A stretch of 64,000 nt of DNA from a bacterium. Lineage in GTDB: Bacteria; Patescibacteriota; Minisyncoccia; Phycocordibacterales; UBA6899. Location of the stretch: contig JAJZQJ010000007.1 of NCBI GenBank assembly GCA_021851895.1, positions 6,618 to 70,617 on the forward strand. The letters are read 5' to 3'. Positions 1-9,850 of this stretch are shown in pieces. Both the position numbers and the translations under genes were made by a program. The notes below the pieces were generated by a model. It was not told the DNA's origin. It made no database searches and was given only the letters and a program-made list of their open reading frames with translations. Each line of letters starts with the position of its first letter. Position 1 is the first letter of the stretch.

Positions 1-26
1 GCGCAAAGAAGCCTCGTCGCATCTAA
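1..26 (+). CDS. rpsK: 30S ribosomal protein S11, 3' fragment
   Basis: Frame from nt 3 reads AKKPRRI-stop, a typical S11 C-terminus, directly upstream of rpsD. Confidence 0.8.
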
Positions 27-38
27 AGTTCTGAATAT

Positions 39-668
39 ATGGCAAAGAAAAATACATGTAAAACCTGCCGCCGCCTTGGCGAGTCTCTCGTCCTCCGTGG
101 AGGTAAGTGTGCATCGGGAAAGTGTGCTTTTGCACGCCGCCCGACACCACCGGGAAAGCCAATGGCAGAACGTAAACACCGTTCAACTGTTACCGAATTC
201 GGTACACAGATGCGCGAGAAGCAAAAGGTCCGTTTTTCTTACGGTATCTCAGAGAAGCAATTCTCTGCATACGTTAAGGATGCGGCTCATGCAAAGGGTG
301 TTGCGCCTACCGATTCGCTCTATGAGCGACTCGAGCGCCGTCTCGACAACGTCGTATTCGTCCTCGGTTTTCCGAAGAGTCGCGCACACGCACGTCAGAT
401 CACCTCACATGGTCACATTACCGTGAATGGAAAGAAGATGACCATCCCATCATATCCTGTAAAGAACGGTGACATCATCGCTGTCCGTGAGGGCAGCAAG
501 AAGTCTCCCATCTTCGCCACAGCGGCAGAGGATATGGTGAAGGCACCAGCAGATTGGATCACCGTCGATCCTTCAAAGCTCTCAGCAACCATTAAGGGTG
601 CTCCAAAGCTTGATAAGAATCGTATGACATTCAATCTCCAGTCGGTCATCGAGTTCTACTCTCGATAA
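39..668 (+). CDS. rpsD: 30S ribosomal protein S4
   Basis: CKTCRR..C..KC Zn-ribbon N-terminus; EKQK, LERRLDNVV, ARQ..SHGH and IEFYSR motifs. Confidence 0.98.
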   Translation: MAKKNTCKTCRRLGESLVLRGGKCASGKCAFARRPTPPGKPMAERKHRSTVTEFGTQMREKQKVRFSYGISEKQFSAYVKDAAHAKGVAPTDSLYERLERRLDNVVFVLGFPKSRAHARQITSHGHITVNGKKMTIPSYPVKNGDIIAVREGSKKSPIFATAAEDMVKAPADWITVDPSKLSATIKGAPKLDKNRMTFNLQSVIEFYSR

Positions 669-869
669 AAAGCTCGGCTATTGTCTCCGATCGATAGAGA
701 GGATAGCAATAGCTTCCGTGCACTGCATCCGCAGTACACATTCTGGTTAAACTTAGACTTATGTTCGTGGGCCAAGAACCCGTGAGTAGGTCGGCAATAA
801 TTGGTTTTGTTTATGTGAAAACATATGACATAATTGATTATTGTTAAACTAATAAATTATCTTTTCGCT

Positions 870-1847
870 ATGCCTGACTACAACGTTGCATTGCCATCGA
901 AGCCAAAGCCAGTTCTTGAAGAGGGCAATCTCGGTATCTATGAAATCGAGGGACTCTATCCTGGCTACGGTCATACGCTCGGCAACTCGCTTCGCCGCAT
1001 CATTCTTTCATCGCTCTCTGGCGCCGCAATCACGGGGCTTAAGATCGATGGAGTGTTGCATGAGTTTACGGCTATGGAGGGTGTTAAGGAGGACGTTATC
1101 GCACTTATCTTGAATCTCAAGAAAGTACGCTTTGCACTGCATGGGGATGAGCCACAAACACTCACACTCTCAGTACAAGGACCAGCACTTGTTTCTGCCG
1201 CGAACATCGCAGGCAACACACAGTGTGAGGTACTCACTCCGGAGCAGTATATCTGTGAGATCACCGACAAGAAGACCACACTTACGATGGAAATGACCAT
1301 CGAGAAGGGGTTGGGATATCTTCCAAAGGAGATGATCACGAAGGACAAGGTGGACATTGGCGTCATATCTCTTGATGCCGCTTTCACCCCGATCCGACGT
1401 GTGAACTACGAGGTTGAACCTATGCGTGTCGGAGATCGCACAGACTATAATCGCCTGAAGATCTCAATAGAGACGGATGGCACTTTGACACCACGTAAGG
1501 CACTCGAGGATGCGATCGAAATCATGATCCATCAGCTCAAGGCTGTCGTAGGTTTCAAGGAAGAGGAAGTCATCGTTGAATCGATTCCTACACCGGAAGA
1601 GATTCGCGAGGAGGCAACCCCAGTACAGGAGGAGAAGGTTGATATGGAATTCTTGAAGATCCGCATCGACTCTCTCGACCTCTCTGCGCGAACGCTCAAC
1701 GCACTCAACAATGCAGGAATTCGCACACTCGGTGGTCTTGTTCGCAAAACAGCGGACGACCTCCTTGATGTTGAAGGACTCGGCGAAAAGGGCTTACAGG
1801 AGATCAAGCGTGCACTTTCGAATTTCGGAGTGACGCTGAAGCAGTAA
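870..1847 (+). CDS. rpoA: RNA polymerase alpha subunit
   Basis: GYGHTLGNSLRRIILSS, HEF..GVKED, alpha-CTD LSARTLNAL; ATG at 870 preferred over TTG at 834. Confidence 0.98.
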   Translation: MPDYNVALPSKPKPVLEEGNLGIYEIEGLYPGYGHTLGNSLRRIILSSLSGAAITGLKIDGVLHEFTAMEGVKEDVIALILNLKKVRFALHGDEPQTLTLSVQGPALVSAANIAGNTQCEVLTPEQYICEITDKKTTLTMEMTIEKGLGYLPKEMITKDKVDIGVISLDAAFTPIRRVNYEVEPMRVGDRTDYNRLKISIETDGTLTPRKALEDAIEIMIHQLKAVVGFKEEEVIVESIPTPEEIREEATPVQEEKVDMEFLKIRIDSLDLSARTLNALNNAGIRTLGGLVRKTADDLLDVEGLGEKGLQEIKRALSNFGVTLKQ

Positions 1848-1853
1848 ATCCGT

Positions 1854-2216
1854 ATGAGGCATCATAACTCAGTTAAAAAATTCGGACGTCAGTCTGGCCA
1901 GCGTCTCGCACTCATGCGCTCTCTCGTGAACAATTTGATCACGCACGAGCGCATGACCACAACCGAGGCGAAGGCTAAGGCACTTCGTCCAGTCATTGAA
2001 AAGCTTGTCACGAAGGCACGTGGCGCTGATCTTGCAACAACTCGCGAGATCACGGCACGCCTCGGAAACAACAAGGTCACGACAACCAAGCTCATCAAGG
2101 AGATCGCTCCGAAATATGAGAGTCGCGCAGGTGGATACACCCGCATTATCAAGCTCGGTGCTCGTTCTGGTCGCGGCGATGCAAGCAAAATGGCAATGAT
2201 CGAATTCGTATCGTAA
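1854..2216 (+). CDS. rplQ: 50S ribosomal protein L17
   Basis: MRH..KKFGR, TTEAKAKALR, R.GGYTRIIK. Confidence 0.98.
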   Translation: MRHHNSVKKFGRQSGQRLALMRSLVNNLITHERMTTTEAKAKALRPVIEKLVTKARGADLATTREITARLGNNKVTTTKLIKEIAPKYESRAGGYTRIIKLGARSGRGDASKMAMIEFVS

Positions 2217-2235
2217 TTGCGTAAGTACACATAAT

Positions 2236-2580
2236 ATGGAACACACAATCGATGCCAAGGGCTTGTCGCTTGGCCGCGTCGCTAGCGACGTTGCAGTCAT
2301 TCTCATGGGCAAGGACTCTGTAGACTTCGCAAAGAACGTCGTTCGCGACGTTAAGGTGAAGGTCATCAATGCTTCACAGCTCGATATCACAGAGAAGAAG
2401 ATGGATCAGAAGCACTATCACATCCACACTGGATATGTTGGTAATGCAAAGAGCCCATCTCTTGCACAGGTCATTACCAAGAAGGGATATGGAGAAGCGC
2501 TTCGTATCGCCGTGAAGGGAATGCTTCCGGGCAATACCCTCCGCGATAAGCGCCTCAAGAACCTCTCTATTGAAGAATAG
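2236..2580 (+). CDS. rplM: 50S ribosomal protein L13
   Basis: IDA.G..LGRVAS, VINA, HTGY.G, AVKGMLP.N.LR. Confidence 0.97.
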   Translation: MEHTIDAKGLSLGRVASDVAVILMGKDSVDFAKNVVRDVKVKVINASQLDITEKKMDQKHYHIHTGYVGNAKSPSLAQVITKKGYGEALRIAVKGMLPGNTLRDKRLKNLSIEE

Positions 2581-2581
2581 T

Positions 2582-3007
2582 ATGACAACAGCAAAGAAGA
2601 AGGCAACTGCCACTGGCGCAAAGTACATCGAGGGTATCGGCCGTCGTAAGACCGCCGTTGCTCGCGTTCGTATGACTCCAGCAGGCAAGAACTCAATGGT
2701 TATCAATGGTAAGGATGCGGCAGAATACTTCGGCCCATCGAAGCTTGCGACTACCGCACTTTCACCCGTAGCCCGAGAGGGTGCAGAGGGAAAGTATGAG
2801 ATCTCAGTGAAGGTTGTTGGTGGGGGAACTTCAGCTCAGGCTGAGGCGATCCGCCACGGTCTCTCACGCGCACTCGTCATGGAGAACGCAGAGATCAAGG
2901 GTTCTCTCAAATCACTCGGCTTCCTCAAGCGCGATTCGCGCGAGGTGGAGCGTAAGCACTTCGGCTACAAGAAGGCTCGCAAGGCCTCACAGTGGTCAAA
3001 ACGCTAA
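2582..3007 (+). CDS. rpsI: 30S ribosomal protein S9
   Basis: GRRKTAVARV, GGG.SAQAEAIRHG, ERK..G.KKARK..QWSKR. Confidence 0.98.
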   Translation: MTTAKKKATATGAKYIEGIGRRKTAVARVRMTPAGKNSMVINGKDAAEYFGPSKLATTALSPVAREGAEGKYEISVKVVGGGTSAQAEAIRHGLSRALVMENAEIKGSLKSLGFLKRDSREVERKHFGYKKARKASQWSKR

Positions 3008-3466
3008 TAAAAAGATCAACAGCCCTCCGGGCTGTTTTTCTTTTTTAAGCGCTTTGACCACTGTGAGCAGGGAAGGGTCGGAAACCGTGAGGTTTTCGTA
3101 GGGGAGAGCACCGAGGCTTTGCGAGGGTTGAGGACCTTGGGTGAGCTCTCGCTTATGGGTCCCATTCTTTATGGGGACGAGAGCGCAAGACCTTTTGAGG
3201 ACTTTTGTGAGTCTGCGAATCAAAAGGTCCAAAAGGTGTACCGTTCATGTAATGAAATCAAAACGATTTCCGTGCGGGGCCCCTCTGGGGCACGAGAGGA
3301 GATAGAAAATGTGGAACATTTTCCCTCGAGCGAGACGGAGCGATGCCGAGTCTGCGAGGCCACGAGTCGTGACGACGGCCATTTGGTATCTTGCGAATAC
3401 TTGGAGCAAGATACTTTGTGAGCCGTGTCGCGAGCAAAGTACTCACGAGTGGTCAGTCGCTAATAA
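2986..3466 (+). mobile_element. Family-1 structured non-coding element at the rpsI 3' end (putative non-autonomous element or ncRNA)
   Basis: The rpsI end CTCACAGTGGTCAAAACGC (2986-3004) is copied inverted at 3049-3067 (18/19) and directly, degenerate, at 3442-3466. The core at 3334-3430 is shared with the tRNA-Leu and tRNA-Trp elements. Confidence 0.65.
3008..3047 (+). terminator. Intrinsic terminator after rpsI
   Basis: AACAGCC-CTCCG-GGCTGTT followed by a T-tract. Confidence 0.8.
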
Positions 3467-3545
3467 TACACATCCTCTGCTGTATTAAATATATGTATAC
3501 ATGCAAAAGAATTGCACTCGCAATATATTAAGGTACAATAATGTT

Positions 3546-4109
3546 ATGAGGAATCGATCAGGCTTCACATTAATTGAACTCCTTGTCATCTTGTCGATCA
3601 TAGGACTGCTCTCTTCGGTCACACTCGCCGCACTGTCATCTGCAAAAAGAAAAGCTCGTGATGCTCGGAGAATGGCCGATATCAAACAACTACAACTTGC
3701 CCTTGAACTCTATAGGGATCGTTTTGGTGTTTACCCCACAGGGGAGTCAGAGGCGGGGGCGCCTCCTGCGGGCTGCTGGGGATGGGATACGTCATCTGTT
3801 GATCTTAATGGCGATGGGTATCCCTTCATACCTCCACTTGCGACTTCGGGAATCATTCTACCCGTACCCGTAGAACCTATCCCCGTAGCGGGAGGCGATT
3901 GTGATCTCACTCCGATATACAAATATGCGCATTACAGTGTGGGGACAAATGGCTGCCCGGCAGATAAGGGTGGGTACTATGTGCTCGAAGTCAATGTCAT
4001 GGAAACGATTCCCAACTTTGGAATTCACCCGCTGAGTCCAGGGTTCAAATGTGCCGGAAGAGATTGGTCACTTGAGGGGCAGTACACCATGGGTGGTTTT
4101 GAGGGCTGA
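3546..4109 (+). CDS. Type IV pilin / GspG-like pseudopilin
   Basis: Class III signal peptide GFTLIELLVILSIIGLL; KARDARRMADIKQLQLALELY. Confidence 0.9.
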   Translation: MRNRSGFTLIELLVILSIIGLLSSVTLAALSSAKRKARDARRMADIKQLQLALELYRDRFGVYPTGESEAGAPPAGCWGWDTSSVDLNGDGYPFIPPLATSGIILPVPVEPIPVAGGDCDLTPIYKYAHYSVGTNGCPADKGGYYVLEVNVMETIPNFGIHPLSPGFKCAGRDWSLEGQYTMGGFEG

Positions 4110-4184
4110 AGAGCCTCGATTCCAAACATTTCTATCATTCTTCCTTGGGGATAGAGGAGGGCCTTCGTATGGTACAATAAGGCC

Positions 4185-5303
4185 ATGCTGCAACGGCTTT
4201 CTATCTTCCACCGCGATAAGCGGCCGGTTGATATTCCTCTCGCGATCATTGCTGGTCTACTTATCGTCGTAGGTCTTTTTGTGTTTTTCTCTGCAAGCCT
4301 TCAAGCTCTTGGGCAGTCGCTCTTTAATCGTCTCATGATCACGCAGCTTGTTTACAGCTTGGTCATTGGTGGTTCATTGCTCTATGGCTTTTCACACTAT
4401 TCTTATAAGAATCTTGCTCAATGGGCGCTCCCTGGTGTGATCATCGCATCCGTTCTTTCACTCCTTGTATTCGTCCCAGGCATCGGTATGGCGCACGGTG
4501 GCGGACAGCGCTGGCTCAATCTCGGTTTTACCAATCTTCAACCAAGTGAATTCCTTAAGTTTGCCATCATCATCTTCCTCTCTGCGTGGTTTGCGAAGTC
4601 AAAGCGCAAGATGAATGATTGGAAATATGGACTTCTTGTACTCTCGCTTGTTGCAGGACTTGCGGGTGTCATACTCTTTCTCCAGAAGGATATCGGAACA
4701 CTTTCGGTCATCATTGGAAGCGCATTCGCGCTCTTTGCAGTAAGCAATGCACCGCTCAAGCATATTGGCGTTGCGGTGCTTCTCGGCATGCTCGTATTTG
4801 CATCCGCCATCATACTTCTTCCTCACGTGCGTGCACGCATCATGACTTTCACTGATTATAAAGACCCCCAGGGTGCGGGCTGGCAGGTTCGTCAATCGCT
4901 TATCGCCATCGGCTCAGGTGGGTTAGGGGGTAGGGGGTATCTCCAGAGCGTGCAGCGCTTTAGTTATCTCCCTGAGGCTCATGGTGACTCCATATTTGCA
5001 GTTGCAGCTGAGGAGCTCGGCTTCATCGGCGCCGTATTTATCGTCATACTTTATATTTCGCTCGCTTTGCGCTCACTGAAGGTCGCAATGAGAGCACCCG
5101 ACGACTTTTCCATGTTCCTTACCGTCGGATTCCTTTCAATGATACTCATACAGTCATCTCTTAACATTGGCTCTGTGCTCGGCGTAATACCATTTACTGG
5201 TGTCCCCCTCGTCTTCATGAGCCAAGGAGGAACGGCACTGGTCGTCGCCATGTCCGCGGTCGGGGTGATCCTAAACGTATCTCGTCATCAACACGTATCA
5301 TGA
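4185..5303 (+). CDS. ftsW: SEDS peptidoglycan polymerase FtsW
   Basis: RWL.LG..LQPSEFLK, QSLIAIGSGG, LPEAHGDSIF, TGVPL.FMS.GG; adjacent to murG. Confidence 0.9.
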   Translation: MLQRLSIFHRDKRPVDIPLAIIAGLLIVVGLFVFFSASLQALGQSLFNRLMITQLVYSLVIGGSLLYGFSHYSYKNLAQWALPGVIIASVLSLLVFVPGIGMAHGGGQRWLNLGFTNLQPSEFLKFAIIIFLSAWFAKSKRKMNDWKYGLLVLSLVAGLAGVILFLQKDIGTLSVIIGSAFALFAVSNAPLKHIGVAVLLGMLVFASAIILLPHVRARIMTFTDYKDPQGAGWQVRQSLIAIGSGGLGGRGYLQSVQRFSYLPEAHGDSIFAVAAEELGFIGAVFIVILYISLALRSLKVAMRAPDDFSMFLTVGFLSMILIQSSLNIGSVLGVIPFTGVPLVFMSQGGTALVVAMSAVGVILNVSRHQHVS

Positions 5304-6427
5304 AAATACTTTTCACCGGTGGTGGCACAGGAGGCCACTTCTATCCAATAATTGCTGTAGCGGAGGCGGTATCATCGCTCGCTGCTAAAGAGGGTTTCAG
5401 TGAACCTGAACTCTTTTACGTTTCTGATAGCCCCATGGATGCAAGTCTGCTGCTCCAAAAGAAACTCCAGTATGTAGAGGTTTCTGCAGGAAAGCGAAGA
5501 ACGTACGCCTCTATCCAGAACTTCATCGATATTTTCCGGACTATCACTGGCTTTTTTAGCGCCCTCTGGAAGCTCTTTCGAATCTATCCCGATGTTATTT
5601 TCAGCAAAGGTGGCTATGCGAGTTTCCCAATACTCCTCTCAGCAAAAATACTCTTCATACCTGTTGTCATCCATGAATCTGATTCTGTTCCAGGACGCGT
5701 GAACGCATGGTCAGCAAAATTTGCGAAATATATAGCGATTTCATACCCAGAGGCGGTGAATGCTTTTGAGCATAAAGATCGGGTTGCTTATACAGGCCAA
5801 CCGATTCGTAAGGACCTCATGCAGCCGATCGATGTTGATGTCCGTACCGCGTTCAATCTTCCCGAGAATGCGCCCATCATACTCATACTCGGTGGCAGCC
5901 AAGGTGCCCAGGCGATAAATGACCTTATCGTCGATGCACTTCCGACGCTTCTCGACAAAGCCATCATCATCCACCAAGCAGGTGACGCGAACCTCGACTG
6001 GGTACGCACACGTGCATCAGGAATTCTCGCTGAACACCCTCATGCTTCATGGTATCTCCCATATGGATTCATCGATAGCCAAACATTGCGCGCATTTGGA
6101 GCCGCTGCGACGCTTGTCGTCTCTCGCGCAGGGTCAACGATCTTTGAAATAGCGATGTGGGGAAAACCATCAATACTTATACCACTTCCAATCGCACATG
6201 GTGATCACCAGAGAGTCAATGCGTACGCCTATGCTCGCACGGGTGCAGCAATAGTGCTCGAGCAATCGAATCTTAAATCCTCGATCCTCCTCACGACGAT
6301 CAGTACGATCATTAGCGACATGAGTAGACAAGAGGAGATGTCCGCTGCAGCACACAGCTTCTTTGTTCCTGACGCACCGGAAAAGATCGCAACCGCATTG
6401 CTTTCAATAGCCTCTTCACATCAATAA
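5300..6427 (+). CDS. murG: Lipid II GlcNAc transferase MurG
   Basis: GGGTGGHFYP, KGGY, HESD..PG..N, GGSQGA, HQ..NA. Confidence 0.97.
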   Translation: MKILFTGGGTGGHFYPIIAVAEAVSSLAAKEGFSEPELFYVSDSPMDASLLLQKKLQYVEVSAGKRRTYASIQNFIDIFRTITGFFSALWKLFRIYPDVIFSKGGYASFPILLSAKILFIPVVIHESDSVPGRVNAWSAKFAKYIAISYPEAVNAFEHKDRVAYTGQPIRKDLMQPIDVDVRTAFNLPENAPIILILGGSQGAQAINDLIVDALPTLLDKAIIIHQAGDANLDWVRTRASGILAEHPHASWYLPYGFIDSQTLRAFGAAATLVVSRAGSTIFEIAMWGKPSILIPLPIAHGDHQRVNAYAYARTGAAIVLEQSNLKSSILLTTISTIISDMSRQEEMSAAAHSFFVPDAPEKIATALLSIASSHQ

Positions 6428-6534
6428 GCGAACACACGTCACATGTTGACGTGTGTTTTGTTATCTCTAAGCAGGGCCATGGGGGCTATGAAATTTTGAA
6501 AAAATGTTGTATTATGGCTCTATAAACGCATACC

Positions 6535-7884
6535 ATGACCTCTACTCCAAATAAAATCGTCACACGTTTCGCTCCGTCTCCGACGGGAAAATTTCATGTT
6601 GGCGGGATCCGAACCGCACTCTATAACTATCTCTTCGCTCGAAAGCTCGGGGGTAAATTCATCCTGCGCAGCGAAGACACTGACCCTGTGCGCTCCAAAA
6701 AAGAATATGAAGACTATTTTCTTGAACTCTTCGACTGGCTTTCACTCGACTATGATGAATTCTATCGTCAAAGTGAACGCACTGCGCTCTATCGTTCGTA
6801 CATAGAGCGTCTCATCGCTGAGGATAAAGCATATATATCGAAAGAAGAACCAAAAGAAGAAGGTCAGCGCAGTGAAGTCATTCGTCTCCGTAATCCAGGA
6901 AAGATCGTCACTTTCAACGACATCGTCCTTGGTGACATTTCTGTTGACACTACAGACCTTGGCGACTTCGTTATAGCGCGCGAGCTCGATTCGCCGGTAT
7001 ATCACTTTACCGTCGTTATTGACGACTTCGAGATGGGCGTGACGCACATCATTCGTGGACAGGAGCATGTCTCGAATACACCAAGACAAATCCTCATTCA
7101 AGAGGCCATTGGCGCACCAAGGCCGATCTATGCACACGCTTCGGTCATACTCAACAACGAACGTGCAAAATTAAGTAAACGCGATCCGCTCGTTCGCCCG
7201 GCACTCGAATACAGAGATGAAGGATATTTGCCTATGGGTATGCTGAATTTCATGTCTCTCTTGGGTTGGAACCCGGGCACGGAACAAGAGATCTTCACAA
7301 AGGATGAATTGATCCAGGCGTTCAGTCTCGAGAGACTTCAAAAACCTGGTGCTATATTCAATCCTGATAAGCTTGAATGGGTCAACAAGGAGCACATCAA
7401 GCGCATGTCGCGTGAATCTCAAGAGGCAGAGCTTATGAAGTATCTCCCTGAATCAGTAACGGGTCATCCAAACTTCGAGAAAGCTTTTCCGCTTTTTTCA
7501 CATCAACTCATTGAGCGCATATCACATTTCGGCGAAGTAAAGGCGCTTGTTGAGGCCGGCGAGATCGATTTCTATCTTGACCGCCCAAAGATCTCAAAAG
7601 AGCAACTCTTCTGGAAGAGCGAGAATAATATCCAGAAGATCACTGAGCGTCTCACGAAAGTACGAGAGCTTATATCCCAACTTGATGCCGAGACCTCCCC
7701 AGAGACTGCGAAATCTGCACTTTGGCAGTATGCGGAAGATGAGGGCAGGGGACAGGTGCTCTGGCCAACACGAGTAGCACTCTCTGGTAAGGAAAAATCA
7801 CCAGACCCATTTACCCTTATCGCGCAACTCGGAAGAGATGAGGCAATAGCGCGTATAGATGAAGCGCTTGCTACGCTCGCCTAG
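6535..7884 (+). CDS. gltX: Glutamate-tRNA ligase
   Basis: RFAPSPTG..HVGG (HIGH), EDTD, KLSKR (KMSKS). Confidence 0.97.
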   Translation: MTSTPNKIVTRFAPSPTGKFHVGGIRTALYNYLFARKLGGKFILRSEDTDPVRSKKEYEDYFLELFDWLSLDYDEFYRQSERTALYRSYIERLIAEDKAYISKEEPKEEGQRSEVIRLRNPGKIVTFNDIVLGDISVDTTDLGDFVIARELDSPVYHFTVVIDDFEMGVTHIIRGQEHVSNTPRQILIQEAIGAPRPIYAHASVILNNERAKLSKRDPLVRPALEYRDEGYLPMGMLNFMSLLGWNPGTEQEIFTKDELIQAFSLERLQKPGAIFNPDKLEWVNKEHIKRMSRESQEAELMKYLPESVTGHPNFEKAFPLFSHQLIERISHFGEVKALVEAGEIDFYLDRPKISKEQLFWKSENNIQKITERLTKVRELISQLDAETSPETAKSALWQYAEDEGRGQVLWPTRVALSGKEKSPDPFTLIAQLGRDEAIARIDEALATLA

Positions 7885-7902
7885 ATCGTACGACAACACT
7901 CA

Positions 7903-9198
7903 ATGCATACAAACGAACATAAAATCACGTTCTTTCTCATGCTCACGATCATGTTGATTGTGGGTTTTGTTGCTGCTCCGTACCTTGCGAACGCTCAAGA
8001 CGACGCGAAGGTTGAAGAACTTAATGGAAAGATTTCCGACCACAAAGACAACCTGAGTAAACTTAACCAAGAGATCGATGCACTCAAGGCGCAGATCAAT
8101 GAGGTTGGTAGTCAGAAGAAAACACTTCAGAATGAACTCAAGAGCATTGATCTCGTTCGTCAACGGATTGCCAAGGAAGCTGAGATCACTGCTATCAAAG
8201 CACAGCGTACAAATGATTCTATAAACGCACTTAATCAATCAATTAACGACAAACAAGCTATCATTGAGCAGCACCGCAAAGCGATCGCATTCAGCATGCA
8301 GCGCATAGCAGAGTCTGATCAGCATTCGTTGCTTGAGATGCTTCTCACGAACGACACGCTCTCAGAGACCTTCGCCGAAGCTGACCGACTCGAGGAGCTT
8401 CAACAAACCCTTGCAGACGAAATAACGAAGCTCCGTGGGGTCTCTCGGTCGCTCGCATCCGACAAGAAGGATCAAGAGACTGAGCTAAAGAAGGCGCAGC
8501 AACTCAAGAAGCAGCTTAGCGATCAAAAAAGTATCGTTGATGGGCAGCGCACGGAACGTGCACAACTCATCAAGGAAACGAGCAATAAAGAGAGCGTCTT
8601 CCAAGCTCAACTGAAAGAAAAGGAAAAGCGAAAGCAGCAGTTTGAACAAGAACTCCAAGCCTTTGAGTCGGAACTCAAAATAGCGATCGACGCGAATTCG
8701 TTCCCAACGCCAGGAACACATGCGCTTGTGCCACCAATACTCGGCGCGAAGATCACCCAGCACTTCGGCTATACCGCTGCAGCAAAGACACTCTATGTAT
8801 CGGGTCATCATAGTGGCACAGACTTCGGAGCCCACGTCGGTACAAGCGTCATGGCAGCAGCAAACGGAACCGTTTGGGCAACGGGAGACACCGATATCGC
8901 ATGTAGAGGCGCTTCATATGGTAAATACATACTTCTACGTCACCCTAATGGACTCGCAACGCTTTATGGACACCTCAGCCGCATCTCAGTAAGCCCTGGA
9001 GACCAAGTGAGCGTAGGGGACACCATAGGATATTCCGGAAATACAGGATACTCTACGGGCCCACATCTTCACTTCGGCGTATTCGTCGCTTCTGCAACAC
9101 GTGTCGACGACGTCCCAAGCCAGGCATGTCCAGGAGCAATATTCCATATGCCCGTCGCTCCAAAGAATGCCTATCTTGATGCAGAAAATTACTTCTAA
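7903..9198 (+). CDS. Coiled-coil + M23 metallopeptidase (murein hydrolase/EnvC-like)
   Basis: Signal/TM segment, long coiled coil, HSGTD, YGHLS and GYSTGPHLHF. Confidence 0.92.
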   Translation: MHTNEHKITFFLMLTIMLIVGFVAAPYLANAQDDAKVEELNGKISDHKDNLSKLNQEIDALKAQINEVGSQKKTLQNELKSIDLVRQRIAKEAEITAIKAQRTNDSINALNQSINDKQAIIEQHRKAIAFSMQRIAESDQHSLLEMLLTNDTLSETFAEADRLEELQQTLADEITKLRGVSRSLASDKKDQETELKKAQQLKKQLSDQKSIVDGQRTERAQLIKETSNKESVFQAQLKEKEKRKQQFEQELQAFESELKIAIDANSFPTPGTHALVPPILGAKITQHFGYTAAAKTLYVSGHHSGTDFGAHVGTSVMAAANGTVWATGDTDIACRGASYGKYILLRHPNGLATLYGHLSRISVSPGDQVSVGDTIGYSGNTGYSTGPHLHFGVFVASATRVDDVPSQACPGAIFHMPVAPKNAYLDAENYF

Positions 9199-9850
9199 AA
9201 ACCAGCGATGCTGGTTTTTTGTAGCGTATTTAGTGTAAATTAACACTAAATAGGGCTTATACTAATGATTTCCATTGAGAAATTGGCTAAACATACGAGT
9301 TACCCTCAGAACAAGGATGCGCACAATGGGGTAGACTGCAGAAGGAGACCTGATTTGACGCTTTCTCGACCCCAGAGAGGCATACAGTGATCAAAGCCTA
9401 CCTATGGACTAAGAATGCTCATATAGACAACACTAGCCATAAAGAGCTACCTGAGCGAGATGAATCAGAGGTACGGTTACAAGGCCCATGATAGACCCAA
9501 GACCGAAAGTTTTCTACACAGGCAAGTTTCAAGCATACATTAAAAATAAATGATCATGAGAATAGCATAAGCTGCAGCATAAGCTGCAGGCGGACAGCTC
9601 GGTGTGCATAAAAGTTTTTACAAAGATCGCACACATATAATCACGTACAGCGAAGAGGTAATATATGTGGGATTCACCGTAGAATCATTAAGCCGCTCAG
9701 CATAGCCGCGCTTTCCCCGCTTTCTGCGCAGTATTACATCGTAAAAGGTATATTGTGCGACGTATTGTCACTAAAGCGGCTAGGGTCTATACAAACCTCA
9801 AATAAGCGGCACCTACTACCCCATGAGCGCTGTCGGATATTCTTTACAAT

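Noticed and set aside
3119-3421. 100-aa ORF downstream of rpsI
   Set aside because: TTG start, no motif, and it lies wholly inside the hairpin-rich Family-1 element; probably spurious.
3049-3466. RNase P RNA or tmRNA, given the size and closing helix
   Set aside because: No GAGGAAAGTCC / ACAGAA..GGCTTA P4 motifs and no tRNA-like tmRNA ends on either strand; the closing helix derives from the rpsI 3' end.
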